This document shows, piece by piece, positions 39,856 through 49,273 of a DNA stretch of 64,000 nucleotides. The stretch covers positions 337,412-401,411 of the forward strand of contig CAVZUO010000001.1 of NCBI GenBank assembly GCA_963778535.1. Reading direction: 5' to 3'. Position numbers and translations under genes: made by a program. A model generated the notes under the pieces. It did no database searches. It was given only the letters and a program-made list of their open reading frames with translations, and was not told the origin of the DNA. Numbering within the stretch: the stretch's first letter is position 1; each line of letters begins with the position of its first letter. The stretch is from an uncultured Acidobacteriaceae bacterium (GTDB lineage Bacteria > Acidobacteriota > Terriglobia > Terriglobales > Acidobacteriaceae).

Positions 39856-41481
39856 ATGAAATTGTACCGGTTAGGCTTTCTGTGCCTGCTTGTGACGACG
39901 TGCTGGGCGCAGGCGGATCGACAGCGCGAGACATTCCATGGACTCAGCAACCCGCGGGCGGTTTCCGATGCGCTGCCGGCCACGCAATATCTTCAGGACC
40001 GGATCGTAGACGGGAAGATCCGCCTTACCTTGCAGGATGCGATCATCGCGACGTTAATGAACAACAGCAACGTTCGATTGCAAGAGCTGAACGTTGAGAC
40101 GTCCAAATTTTCTTTGCTGCATGCGCACTCGCCTTTTGATCCTCTATTCCAAGCGAGTTTCCTGGCGCAGCGTTCCATATTTCCCGCCGACTCGCAGCTT
40201 CAGGGTGCGGCGGTGCCGAGTTCGTTGAACCAGACGACGCAATTTACTTACAACCAAACTCTGGAAACCGGGACGAACATTTTGCTTGGCATGAACACAA
40301 ACCGGTTTTCGTCCAACGACGAATTCAACACTTTCAATCCTTATTTCTTTTCCGGCGTTAGCTTTCAGTTGACGCAGCCCCTGCTGCGAAACCGATGGCT
40401 GTTTGCCAATCGCGCTCCTTTGATTATTGCCCGGCGAAATGTGCAGGTGTCGCGGTCTGCGTTTGAGGCACAGGTCAATGACGCAATTCTTAATGTCGTG
40501 ACGCAGTACTGGTCGGTGGTGCAAGCGCGCGGCAATCTGGAGGTAGCGCAGAAATCCCAGGATGCAGCCGACACCAGCTACAAGCGCGACAAGCGCGCTT
40601 TGGAACTCGGGGCCTTGCCGCCACTTGACATCTATCGCTCGCAATCGCAGGTCGCTTCGCGACGAGTGCAGGTAATCCAGGCCGAATATTCGCTCAAGCA
40701 AACTGAGGACGCCCTTCGCTACACGATGGGCGCAAATGTAGATCCCTACCTGCACGCACTGGATTTAGAGTTGACCGAAGAACCGATTCCGGCAGAGCAA
40801 CTCATTGAAGTCGACGCGGGCGCTGCTTTGAAGGAAGCGCTCGACAATCGGCCGGAGTTGGCCGGACAGCGTTTGCTGATCGGCAATGACGAGATGTCAA
40901 TCCGTTTAGCTCACAATAATCTTCTGCCGGACTTGAGCGTCACCGGTAATTACTCCGGCAACGGTCTCGCGGGCACGCCAGTACTTGCGAATGCGCTCCC
41001 GGGCACGACCAGCGGCGGTGTGTGGGATTCGCTAAGCCAGGCTGCCGGCCTCGGTTATCCCACTTACAGTGTCGGCCTCAATCTGAATCTTCCAATTCGC
41101 AATCGATCGGCGCAGGCTGACCTGGGGAATGCGCTGATTTCGCGCCGCCGCGACCTTTATTCCGAGCGCCAGTTGCGCGAGGCGATTACGCTTGACGTGG
41201 CCAACGCCGTGCATCAACTTGAGCAATCCAAACTGAGCCTCGCGGCGAGCAGGGAGGCAGTCGATTTACTGAAGAAGAATCTGGCGGCCGAACAAAAAAA
41301 GTACGAACTGGGGCAGGGGACAATTTTCTTCGTGCTGGAAGCGCAAACCGAAATGGCCGACGGAGAATCGACTCTTCTGCAATCGGAAGTCGCATATCAG
41401 CTCGCCGTGACCGCAGTGCAACACGCCACTGGCAAGCTGTTGGAGCCATATCATGTGCAGATCACGGACCTGATGCACTAA
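39856..41481 (+). CDS. TolC-family outer membrane efflux protein
   Basis: Signal peptide MKLYRLGFLCLLVTTCWAQ. The two-repeat OEP layout has the characteristic coiled-coil segments. Confidence 0.85.
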   Translation: MKLYRLGFLCLLVTTCWAQADRQRETFHGLSNPRAVSDALPATQYLQDRIVDGKIRLTLQDAIIATLMNNSNVRLQELNVETSKFSLLHAHSPFDPLFQASFLAQRSIFPADSQLQGAAVPSSLNQTTQFTYNQTLETGTNILLGMNTNRFSSNDEFNTFNPYFFSGVSFQLTQPLLRNRWLFANRAPLIIARRNVQVSRSAFEAQVNDAILNVVTQYWSVVQARGNLEVAQKSQDAADTSYKRDKRALELGALPPLDIYRSQSQVASRRVQVIQAEYSLKQTEDALRYTMGANVDPYLHALDLELTEEPIPAEQLIEVDAGAALKEALDNRPELAGQRLLIGNDEMSIRLAHNNLLPDLSVTGNYSGNGLAGTPVLANALPGTTSGGVWDSLSQAAGLGYPTYSVGLNLNLPIRNRSAQADLGNALISRRRDLYSERQLREAITLDVANAVHQLEQSKLSLAASREAVDLLKKNLAAEQKKYELGQGTIFFVLEAQTEMADGESTLLQSEVAYQLAVTAVQHATGKLLEPYHVQITDLMH

Positions 41482-41512
41482 CGATCAATCTTCACTCGGG
41501 CTTTCGGAGTAA

Positions 41513-41535
41513 AGCGGCTGCCGGCCGCTGGTTTT
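41513..41535 (+). terminator. Candidate intrinsic terminator after tolC
   Basis: AGCGGC-TGCCG-GCCGCT, then GGTTTT. Confidence 0.4.
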
Positions 41536-41582
41536 GGGCTAAACTGGAAGGCCGCTTTTGCGGATTTATAAATTGTAGTTTC

Positions 41583-42569
41583 TTGCGAGGTACGCCATTG
41601 TCCGTTCTAGTAGTGGGAGGCGCAGGCTACATTGGCAGTCACGCGGCTCGTGCATTGCGCCGAGCGCGTTATAACGTCATCATCTACGACAATCTTTCTA
41701 CCGGGTTCGCGAAACTCGCCCAGGGCTTTGAGCTGGTAGAAGGTGATATTGGCGACCAAGCCAAACTGCACAGAGTTCTCGCGCGCGTGGATGCAATCAT
41801 GCATTTTGCCGCACACGCCTATGTTGGTGAGTCGGTCACAAATCCGCGCAAGTATTTCCGCAACAATGTCTCGGACGCGCTCACCCTGCTGAATGCTGCT
41901 GTCGATGCGGGCGTGCGCCATTTTGTTTTTTCTTCTACATGCGCCGTGTATGGAATTCCGGAGCGCATTCCCATCAATGAGCTGACGCCGCGGGAGCCGG
42001 TCAATCCCTATGGCGCGTCAAAGCTTTTTTTCGAAAATGCATTGGAAGCATATGACCGCGCTTATGGGATGCGTTCTGCTCGTCTCCGCTATTTCAATGC
42101 TGCTGGGGCTGATGACTCCGGCGAGATTGGGGAACTGCATGAGCCTGAAACACATTTGATCCCGCTCGCGCTTCTAGCATCGACGGCGAATGGTGCGGAG
42201 CTACAGATTTTCGGCGACGACTACCCAACCCCCGACGGCACTTGCTTGCGCGATTACATCCACGTTAACGACCTTGCCGACGCGCATGTGCGCGCCCTGC
42301 AGCATCTGGAAAAAGGCGGAGAGTCGTTGGCCGCGAACCTTGGCACGGGAAAAGGGAATTCGGTGCTGGAAGTAATTCAGGCCGCAGAAAAAGCCACTGG
42401 CCAACCTGTGCGCCGGAAGATGGGACCGCGGCGGCCGGGAGATCCGCCGATTCTTGTTGCCGACGCTACCAAGGCGCAGCAGATCTTAGGATGGACTCCC
42501 AAGCGCGATATTTTCAATATTGTCGATAGCGCGTGGAAATTTATGAAGACTGCGCAGTTGGGAATGTAG
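41583..42569 (+). CDS. galE: UDP-glucose 4-epimerase
   Basis: GGAGYIGSH Rossmann motif, YGASK (YxxxK) and homology-like layout along the full length. The start is a TTG at 41583 or 41598. Confidence 0.9.
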   Translation: MRGTPLSVLVVGGAGYIGSHAARALRRARYNVIIYDNLSTGFAKLAQGFELVEGDIGDQAKLHRVLARVDAIMHFAAHAYVGESVTNPRKYFRNNVSDALTLLNAAVDAGVRHFVFSSTCAVYGIPERIPINELTPREPVNPYGASKLFFENALEAYDRAYGMRSARLRYFNAAGADDSGEIGELHEPETHLIPLALLASTANGAELQIFGDDYPTPDGTCLRDYIHVNDLADAHVRALQHLEKGGESLAANLGTGKGNSVLEVIQAAEKATGQPVRRKMGPRRPGDPPILVADATKAQQILGWTPKRDIFNIVDSAWKFMKTAQLGM

Positions 42570-42591
42570 TGCGCGAGATGCGTCAGAACCG

Positions 42592-43200
42592 CTAGACGGA
42601 TGCAGCGACGGTGTCCGCTTCTGCGGCGCGGGAAGCAATCTGCATAGCGATGGTGTCTGGATTCCACCAGACGGAAAACACTTTGTCGTTCTGCTTGGAG
42701 TAGGCGACGCCCATGCGATCCAGTTCCTGCAGAACTTCTTCTACTGCTGCTTGAATGCCGCGAAGAGCGGCCTCGCTCAAAGACGTTAGAGCCTCGTACT
42801 GCTCGCCTGTAACTCCGATCAGTAAGACTTCACGCGGTCCCTGACCGGAAAAATCGGCGATCATCAGAGATTCGGAAAGCGCGGGGGAGTGGGGATCCAT
42901 CCGCACGGGGGAGGGACCGTGCCGCAGGATTTCTTCTTTTCTATAGAGCGTCACGGTGCCGGGCTGTGCTCCGTTCGCGACTGCATCGACGAGAATCAGC
43001 GCGTCAATGCCGGAGAGATGCGCGACCAGGTCCAATCCCGGCGTTCCCAGATCCACCACCGTAACGTTGTCGTCGAAACGATAACTGGCTTCCAGCATTC
43101 CGGCCACACAGGGGCCGATGCCATCGTCGCCGAGCAATACACTACCGATTCCGCCGATAGTGATTTTTTTCTTCACTTTTTTCTTCACTTTTTCCTTCAC
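42592..43200 (-). CDS. [NiFe]-hydrogenase maturation endopeptidase (HyaD/HybD family)
   Basis: ITIGGIGSVLLGDDGIGP...VDLGT...LILVDAV motifs. The GTG start at 43200 overlaps the large-subunit stop (GTGA). The Lys-rich N-terminus comes from a 12-nt tandem repeat. Confidence 0.85.
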   Translation of the reverse strand: MKEKVKKKVKKKITIGGIGSVLLGDDGIGPCVAGMLEASYRFDDNVTVVDLGTPGLDLVAHLSGIDALILVDAVANGAQPGTVTLYRKEEILRHGPSPVRMDPHSPALSESLMIADFSGQGPREVLLIGVTGEQYEALTSLSEAALRGIQAAVEEVLQELDRMGVAYSKQNDKVFSVWWNPDTIAMQIASRAAEADTVAASV

Positions 43201-44912
43201 AGCACCTTTACGCGCGCGATGGATTTGCCCGAAGGATCGAAGGTATGGCAAGCGCAGGCCATGCAGGGATCAAACGAGTGGATCGTCCGCAGCACCTCGA
43301 GCGGTTCTTCAGGCCGAGCCAGCGGCGTGTTCAAGAGTGACGCCTCGTAAGGCCCGTGCGCGCCTGACTCATCGCGAGGGCTGGCGTTCCAGGTGGAAGG
43401 CACTACAGCCTGATAATTCTTAATCCGGCCATCTTTTATCACGATCCAGTGCGACAAAGTACCGCGCGGAGCTTCATGTGTACCCACGCCTTCCACTTCG
43501 CCGGAGGAAAACACGGGCGCATTGTGGACGGCGAAGTCTCCCTTGGCGATGTTGTCGACCAGCAATTGCCAGTGCTTCTGAGCGAGTTCGGCCAGCATGG
43601 CGGCCCGGATGGCGCGCGCGGCGTGGCGACCCAGGGTCGAGTGCAGCAAAGCTGGCGTTGCGTTTACTTTTGCTATGGCCGAAACCTGCCCGAGCGCCAA
43701 GTCAGCGTACTTGCGCGTCAACGGATGTCCCTGCGCGTACCCAACCAGGACCTGCGCCAACGGCCCGACCTGCATCGGCTGGCCCTTGTAGCGCGGGGAT
43801 TTGACCCACGAGTATTTCTTGTCACCATCCCAGCCGGTAAACTGCGGTTCAGTTTCGCCGACCCAGGGGTGCAGTGGCTTCGCGCCCTCATAGTAGGCGT
43901 GCGTGACATCTTCCGTGACGGACTCGCGAAACGCCGCGTCAGAAGCGGTTTTGAACGGCTGTACGCCAGCGATATCGCCATGCATGATGATGCCGCCGGG
44001 AAGATCGTAGGAACCGGCATTGCTATCGAGCGGCAAATCCGGGACTGCGAGGTAATTTGTTACGCCGCTTCCAATCTTGAACCACTCGGGATACATTGCC
44101 GCCACTGCACATACGTCAACCAGGTAAACTTCGCGGATGAATTGCGCGACTTCGTCGAGGAGCTGCCGGATCATTTCCAGCTTTTCCATGCCGAGTGCAC
44201 TTTGATTATCCAGATCGATGGCGTTGGCCACGCCGCCGACCAGAAGATTCTGTATATGCGGCGTTTTCGATCCCAGCAATCCGACAACCTGCAAGGCCTT
44301 GCGCTGATATTCCAGCGCTTGGATGTAGTGCGTGAAGGCAAGCAAGTTCACTTCCGGCGAAAGCCGCATCGCCGGATGCCCCCAGTAGCCATTCTGGAAG
44401 ATGCCGAGTTGGCCGCTGGCTGCGACCGCCTTTACTTTGTCCTGCGCGGCTTTGAGTTCATTGCGAGAATTGCGGGTCCACGGTGAAAGCGTTTCCGCCA
44501 GCTTCGAGGCTGCCGCGGGGTCGGCTTTCGGGATCTCGAGGATGTCGACCCAATCGAGCGCCGACAGCTGATAAAAGTGCACGATGTGGTCGTGCAAGGC
44601 GTGCGCGATGAGAATCAGATTTCGGATGTATTGAGCATTGGCGGGCACAGGGAGTTTGAGCGCGTCTTCAACGGCGCGCACACTGGCCATCGCGTGGACC
44701 GTGGTGCACACGCCGCAGAAGCGCTGCGTGAACATCCAGGCATCGCGCGGATCGCGACCGCGCAGAATGGTTTCAATGCCGCGCCACATCGTGCATGACG
44801 CCCAGGCATCCTTCACCGCATAGCCTTCCACTTCAACATCTATGCGAAGGTGGCCTTCAATTCGAGTAATCGGATCAATTGTGATTCGTTGTGACATAGC
44901 GCCTGCCGTCAA
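43197..44912 (-). CDS. [NiFe]-hydrogenase large subunit (group 1, uptake type)
   Basis: RIEGH, the RFCGVCTTVH N-terminal metal-binding motif and a C-terminal DPCMACACH followed by a 15-aa extension for proteolytic maturation. Confidence 0.95.
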   Translation of the reverse strand: MTAGAMSQRITIDPITRIEGHLRIDVEVEGYAVKDAWASCTMWRGIETILRGRDPRDAWMFTQRFCGVCTTVHAMASVRAVEDALKLPVPANAQYIRNLILIAHALHDHIVHFYQLSALDWVDILEIPKADPAAASKLAETLSPWTRNSRNELKAAQDKVKAVAASGQLGIFQNGYWGHPAMRLSPEVNLLAFTHYIQALEYQRKALQVVGLLGSKTPHIQNLLVGGVANAIDLDNQSALGMEKLEMIRQLLDEVAQFIREVYLVDVCAVAAMYPEWFKIGSGVTNYLAVPDLPLDSNAGSYDLPGGIIMHGDIAGVQPFKTASDAAFRESVTEDVTHAYYEGAKPLHPWVGETEPQFTGWDGDKKYSWVKSPRYKGQPMQVGPLAQVLVGYAQGHPLTRKYADLALGQVSAIAKVNATPALLHSTLGRHAARAIRAAMLAELAQKHWQLLVDNIAKGDFAVHNAPVFSSGEVEGVGTHEAPRGTLSHWIVIKDGRIKNYQAVVPSTWNASPRDESGAHGPYEASLLNTPLARPEEPLEVLRTIHSFDPCMACACHTFDPSGKSIARVKVL

Positions 44913-46219
44913 TCAGAGTTGTGTGCAATCGTCTCGTCTTCACCGAAATAGCCGTACTTGAAATATCCCGTCCATCGAATGTAGGGACGGCGGAACCGGA
45001 AATAACTCGCCATGTCGTGCCATAAGTAAGTTGGCGCCGGCAGAATCGCAAATTTCTTAACTGCGAAAAGGAAGCCCGCAATGCCCATGGCGATGAAGCC
45101 GAGCGATACCAGGATTTCGATGGTTGCCGGGAAATACAGGGACTGCGGATCGGGACGGAATGCCAGGGTCGTCGGGCTGAAGCGGTAGACCATGCCTCCG
45201 AGGGAGCTTAGACAGTAGCCGAGAAACATCTGGCTTCTTTGGTGCGAGCGCAAGGACTGTTGCAGCAGCAAGGCCCCGCCAAGAATCATCAGTATTTCCA
45301 GCCAGAACACGGCAGCAAAACGGTCGAGATGAAATGCCGTGCCAAACGCGCCGCGGAACATGATGTCGACCACCCGCAACGCGGCCCATCCGAAGATGAG
45401 CGTGCGCGTAATTCGGGCCGCTTCGTCCAGGACATCCATGTCCATCGGCCGCTTCCAAATCAAGCAACACAGCATTGTGGTTCCGGCGACGCAGCCGAAA
45501 GACATGAAGCAAGCGGCTCCCAGGTAGAGCAATGGCAAGAACGGCGTCTGCCACAACGGGTGGACGCGTTCTCCTGCCAGCAACATCAGCGCGCCAAGAG
45601 ACGATTGGTGCATTCCCGGCAGCAGATATGCCAGTGCGATCACCCAAGGAAAAACGGAATGCAAGCGCCGTTCAGCTTTCTCGACTCCAGGGCGCAGCCG
45701 GGCGTCGAAATACCATAACCGCTCGAGCACCGGGGGAAGATTTTCCACGGCAAGCGGAATCATGGCGTAAATAGACATGCAGATGGCGACTTCCGCCAGC
45801 GGAGAGTGCATGTTCCATTTCCACGGGAATACGATCCAATAGAAATTCCACGGCTTGCCGGCATCGATACCCAGCAACAGGAGGCCGCATGCGTAGGCCA
45901 GAAAACTGGTGAGCAGCGCCATGCGCATGAGGGCATGGAGCTTTTTGCGGCGAAATACCCAGGCCGCAATTCCGACTGCGAAAGCGCCCGAGCCAAGCGC
46001 GGTGAGGACCATGACATTGAACGTTTTCCAGATTCCCCAACCAAACGCATCATTCATCCCGCTGACAGGCCCTAGTCCCGCGAGTTCGCGGTAACCGGTC
46101 AGCACCAAGGCCATGAGCGTCATCGCCAATAAAACAACAAAGCCTCGTGTGACGACAGGAAATCCGAAAACGGGCACGGCCCGCTCCCACCGGTTTTCAT
46201 TTTTGCGTTCGCCGCTCAT
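44909..46219 (-). CDS. NrfD/PsrC-type integral membrane subunit (HybB-like quinone-interacting anchor)
   Basis: 436 aa with about 10 TM helices. It has 4-nt overlaps with both flanking hydrogenase genes. Confidence 0.8.
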   Translation of the reverse strand: MSGERKNENRWERAVPVFGFPVVTRGFVVLLAMTLMALVLTGYRELAGLGPVSGMNDAFGWGIWKTFNVMVLTALGSGAFAVGIAAWVFRRKKLHALMRMALLTSFLAYACGLLLLGIDAGKPWNFYWIVFPWKWNMHSPLAEVAICMSIYAMIPLAVENLPPVLERLWYFDARLRPGVEKAERRLHSVFPWVIALAYLLPGMHQSSLGALMLLAGERVHPLWQTPFLPLLYLGAACFMSFGCVAGTTMLCCLIWKRPMDMDVLDEAARITRTLIFGWAALRVVDIMFRGAFGTAFHLDRFAAVFWLEILMILGGALLLQQSLRSHQRSQMFLGYCLSSLGGMVYRFSPTTLAFRPDPQSLYFPATIEILVSLGFIAMGIAGFLFAVKKFAILPAPTYLWHDMASYFRFRRPYIRWTGYFKYGYFGEDETIAHNSD

Positions 46220-47142
46220 AATTGCGCCCTCAGCCCGGTTTCTTTCTCGCGTTCATGCGCTTCCTGCTCATGGCCATCCAGATTCTTGCGAATCACTTGC
46301 ACCAGGCCCACATACAAAACTGCGGGCAGCGCAAAATACTGGTAGAGGCGCCTTTGCCAGCGCAACGTTTTTGCCGGCACCGATTCCACGCCGAGTTCCG
46401 GCAAGCCCAGATCTTCGAATGGAACCCGCGAGAGGTAGAGGCACTGCGTGCCGCCGTTGTCGGTCTCGCCGTACACCTTGTTCTCGAAATAGCGTCCCGG
46501 ATTTTCCTTGATCCGGCGCTTCGCTTCCATCAGCAGCACGGTTCTTGGACCATAGATCACGGCCCCGGTGGGGCACACGCTGGTGCAGCCCGGTTTCAAT
46601 CCGTTCTCAAGGCGATGACTGCAGAGCTCGCACTTGGTGACACGCGGGTTGTATCCAGCCCACTGGAAGCGCGGAATGTGATAGGGGCAGGTGATGGTGC
46701 AATAGCGGCAGCCAATGCACTTATCCGCCTCCCAAGTAACGATGCCGCTCTCAGGCTCCTTATGGAGTGCCTGAAACGGACAGCCGGCCGCGCAGGCCGG
46801 ATCAAAGCAGTGCATGCACTGCCGTTTGACGAAAGAACTGGGAGACCCATCCGCCGGCTTGTAGAGCTTGATCACGTTGCGAGTGACGTCGTTAAGGTCG
46901 GTGGGCGACTGGTGCAATCCATCTCCGCGGGTATCGGGGGGGGTGTCGTTGGCCGCGGCGCAGGCCGCCACACAGGACTTGCAGCCGATGCAGATGGTCG
47001 CATCATAGAGGAGGCCGACAGCGGCCGTGGGAACTTGCACGGTCTCAGCGTGGAGAGTTTGCGCACCCACCGTGACGCCGACGGCAGCGGGCACACCCGC
47101 CTTGGCAATCGTCGTAATCAGTTCTCGCCGCGTGATAGCCAC
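46216..47142 (-). CDS. Tat-exported 4x[4Fe-4S] ferredoxin-type subunit (HybA-like)
   Basis: The GTG start at 47142 follows an AGAGGA RBS. It has the twin-arginine leader ITRRELITT, four CxxCxxCxxxCP-type cluster motifs and a C-terminal TM helix. Confidence 0.85.
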   Translation of the reverse strand: MAITRRELITTIAKAGVPAAVGVTVGAQTLHAETVQVPTAAVGLLYDATICIGCKSCVAACAAANDTPPDTRGDGLHQSPTDLNDVTRNVIKLYKPADGSPSSFVKRQCMHCFDPACAAGCPFQALHKEPESGIVTWEADKCIGCRYCTITCPYHIPRFQWAGYNPRVTKCELCSHRLENGLKPGCTSVCPTGAVIYGPRTVLLMEAKRRIKENPGRYFENKVYGETDNGGTQCLYLSRVPFEDLGLPELGVESVPAKTLRWQRRLYQYFALPAVLYVGLVQVIRKNLDGHEQEAHEREKETGLRAQL

Positions 47143-47143
47143 G

Positions 47144-48364
47144 TTATTCCTCTTTCTCCGTACGGCGCTCCGTAGTGGGCTCCGAAGTGGGGGACAGTGT
47201 CTCGATATGCGCCCGATCGATGGCGATTCGCTCGGCACCAGCTTCCTGGCTGCTGCGAAAACGCTGGCCCGCTACCCAGGTCGCGCTTCCAACCGCTCCT
47301 GCAATGGCGCCAACCAACACAGCCGCACCGGTCTTGATCTGCCCCGCGCTGGTATAAATCGGAGGATAGGTGTCAGGTGGCGTGGCCATGTGAATGGGCA
47401 CAGTCTCAGTTGTCGGAATCCGCCATACGACATTTTTCTCTGTGCATCCCAGGCACGGTGCGCCGATCCCGATGGGCCAAACGCCCGGAATTTCGTTGAA
47501 GTGCCGCGTGGAGCAAGCTGCATGCGTCACCGGACCCTTGCAGCCCAGCTTGTAAAGGCACCAGCCTTTGCGGTGGCCTTCGTCGCCAAATGAATTTGCA
47601 TAGCGTCCGGCATCGAAATGCGCGCGGCGCGGGCAGTTTTCGTGAATCACGCGCTCGTAGGCGAACGTGGGGCGGCGGAGATCGTCGAGTTCGGGCAGAC
47701 GGCCCATGGTGACGTATTCCAGCACCACCGCGAGCAGGTTGTAAGGATTGGGAGGGCAGCCGGGCAAATTCACGATCGGCTTGCCGGAGATAACGCTATC
47801 GACGCCCATGGCGCCTGTAGGGTTCGGGTCGGCGGAAGGAACTCCGCCCCAGGAGGCACACGATCCGATGGCGATGACGGCCGCGGCCTTCGATGCTACC
47901 TCTTTGACCACCTGTACCGCTGGGCGCCCGCCGAGTTCCATGTAGACGCCGTTGTCGCGGGTGGGGAGGGCGCCTTCGACTACCAGAATATATTTGCCGG
48001 CGTTATCATCCATCGCCTTGCGCAGCGCGGCTTCGGCCTGCTTGCCGGATGCCGCCATCAATGTTTCGTGATAGTCGAGAGAGATGACATCAAGAATGAG
48101 GTGGGCGGCATCGGGGGCCGAGGTGCGAAGCAGCGTCTCGGTGCATCCCGTACAGTCCTGAAAGTGCAGCCAGATGACAGATGGGCGGCGAGCCTTGCCA
48201 ATCTTGGCGGCAATTTCCGCAACCGATCCGCTCTTGGTGAGCGCAAGCCCTGCCGGTGCGGTAGCCACAATGACCGAGCAGAGGCGCAGGAAGGAACGGC
48301 GCGAGACTCCCGCCGCCGTTAAGTGGGACTGAATTGTCTCCTCAGGCATTACCTTGCGGCCCAT
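47144..48364 (-). CDS. [NiFe]-hydrogenase small subunit with Tat signal peptide
   Basis: SRRSFLRLC twin-arginine motif, conserved Cys ligands (CTGC, GSCA..GG, C.GC) and a C-terminal TM anchor. Confidence 0.92.
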   Translation of the reverse strand: MGRKVMPEETIQSHLTAAGVSRRSFLRLCSVIVATAPAGLALTKSGSVAEIAAKIGKARRPSVIWLHFQDCTGCTETLLRTSAPDAAHLILDVISLDYHETLMAASGKQAEAALRKAMDDNAGKYILVVEGALPTRDNGVYMELGGRPAVQVVKEVASKAAAVIAIGSCASWGGVPSADPNPTGAMGVDSVISGKPIVNLPGCPPNPYNLLAVVLEYVTMGRLPELDDLRRPTFAYERVIHENCPRRAHFDAGRYANSFGDEGHRKGWCLYKLGCKGPVTHAACSTRHFNEIPGVWPIGIGAPCLGCTEKNVVWRIPTTETVPIHMATPPDTYPPIYTSAGQIKTGAAVLVGAIAGAVGSATWVAGQRFRSSQEAGAERIAIDRAHIETLSPTSEPTTERRTEKEE

Positions 48365-48534
48365 CGCAGACTCCTAAATGAATGGCGGGCCGGACTTGTA
48401 CAGGGGCCCGCACCCGAAGTTTTCTGCTAATTGCGCCTCGGAGGGATCTCCTGTAGCGCACTTGCATCATGGAGGAATAGGGCTACCGGGTGTATGAGAC
48501 GAGTCACTGTTGCGCGTGTGCCGCAAACAATGTG

Positions 48535-48554
48535 CATGTGAGCCGGGTCACATG
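48535..48554. promoter_or_regulatory. Perfect CRP-type dyad CATGTGA-N6-TCACATG upstream of the hydrogenase operon
   Basis: Read directly. It is centred about 180 nt upstream of the small-subunit ATG and matches the TGTGA-N6-TCACA consensus in all 10 core positions. Confidence 0.45.
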
Positions 48555-48677
48555 GAGGCGTGTACTCCGATCAAGGAGCAATGAATTCCGAACTGGAATG
48601 TGTGAATCGCCTCTGCCTAGGCAAAGGAGCGAGCTAAGTTTCGCGCAAGAAATTTAGGCGGAGACACGTCGAGACCT

Positions 48678-49052
48678 CTAAGACCCGGAACTAAGCTTTC
48701 TGACCGAGGCGAGCAGATGATCGGTGACATTTTCGGTCTTGGAGAGGACGTCTCGGATTCCGGCGGCCAAGGCATCCTTCCGAAGCTGCTCACTGTTGTG
48801 CATGGTTAGCATCAACACTACCGCCTTGGGCACGCATGATGCGATACATCGTGCCGCCTCCAGCCCGTTCATGACAGGCATCTGGAAATCCAATATCACA
48901 ATATCCGGATGGAGTTCTTGAGCTTTATCGACTGCTACTCTGCCGTTCTCAGCCTCACCGCAGACGTACCAGTCAGTGTTCTGCTCGATGCACGTCCGGA
49001 GCGTATGGCGAATGAGGGCGTTATCATCGACGATTAGAATTGTGTAGGACAA
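48678..49052 (-). CDS. Single-domain (CheY-like) response regulator
   Basis: 124 aa with ILIVDDN and DIVILDFQMPVMNG, a receiver domain only. Confidence 0.85.
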   Translation of the reverse strand: MSYTILIVDDNALIRHTLRTCIEQNTDWYVCGEAENGRVAVDKAQELHPDIVILDFQMPVMNGLEAARCIASCVPKAVVLMLTMHNSEQLRKDALAAGIRDVLSKTENVTDHLLASVRKLSSGS

Positions 49053-49273
49053 GCAGCCGCCTTTAGCCCTTGCAAGGCTGCTGACCGTGATTGGCCATCT
49101 AGAACACGCGGGCGGCGGGAGAGAAAGGGCAGATTTAACGATATTCCTCCCGTTGTCGGGGAGTAAATACGGTCAACACTGTACGCTAGCGTACATTCTA
49201 CAGTTCGACATAGGACGAATGCGGCATTTCGCCCCGGACCGCAGCGGAGGTTTCTGCTATCACTCTGTCGATT

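Noticed and set aside
43449-47175. Long plus-strand ORFs (345 aa at 43449-44486, 317 aa at 46222-47175)
   Set aside because: They are antisense to the hydrogenase large-subunit and HybA-like genes, whose metal-binding motifs are unambiguous. They are shadow frames.
49180-49195. Perfect 16-bp palindrome TGTACGCTAGCGTACA upstream of the CheY-like gene
   Set aside because: About one perfect 8+8 palindrome is expected by chance in 64 kb, and no second copy or known consensus supports it. It was kept only as a note.
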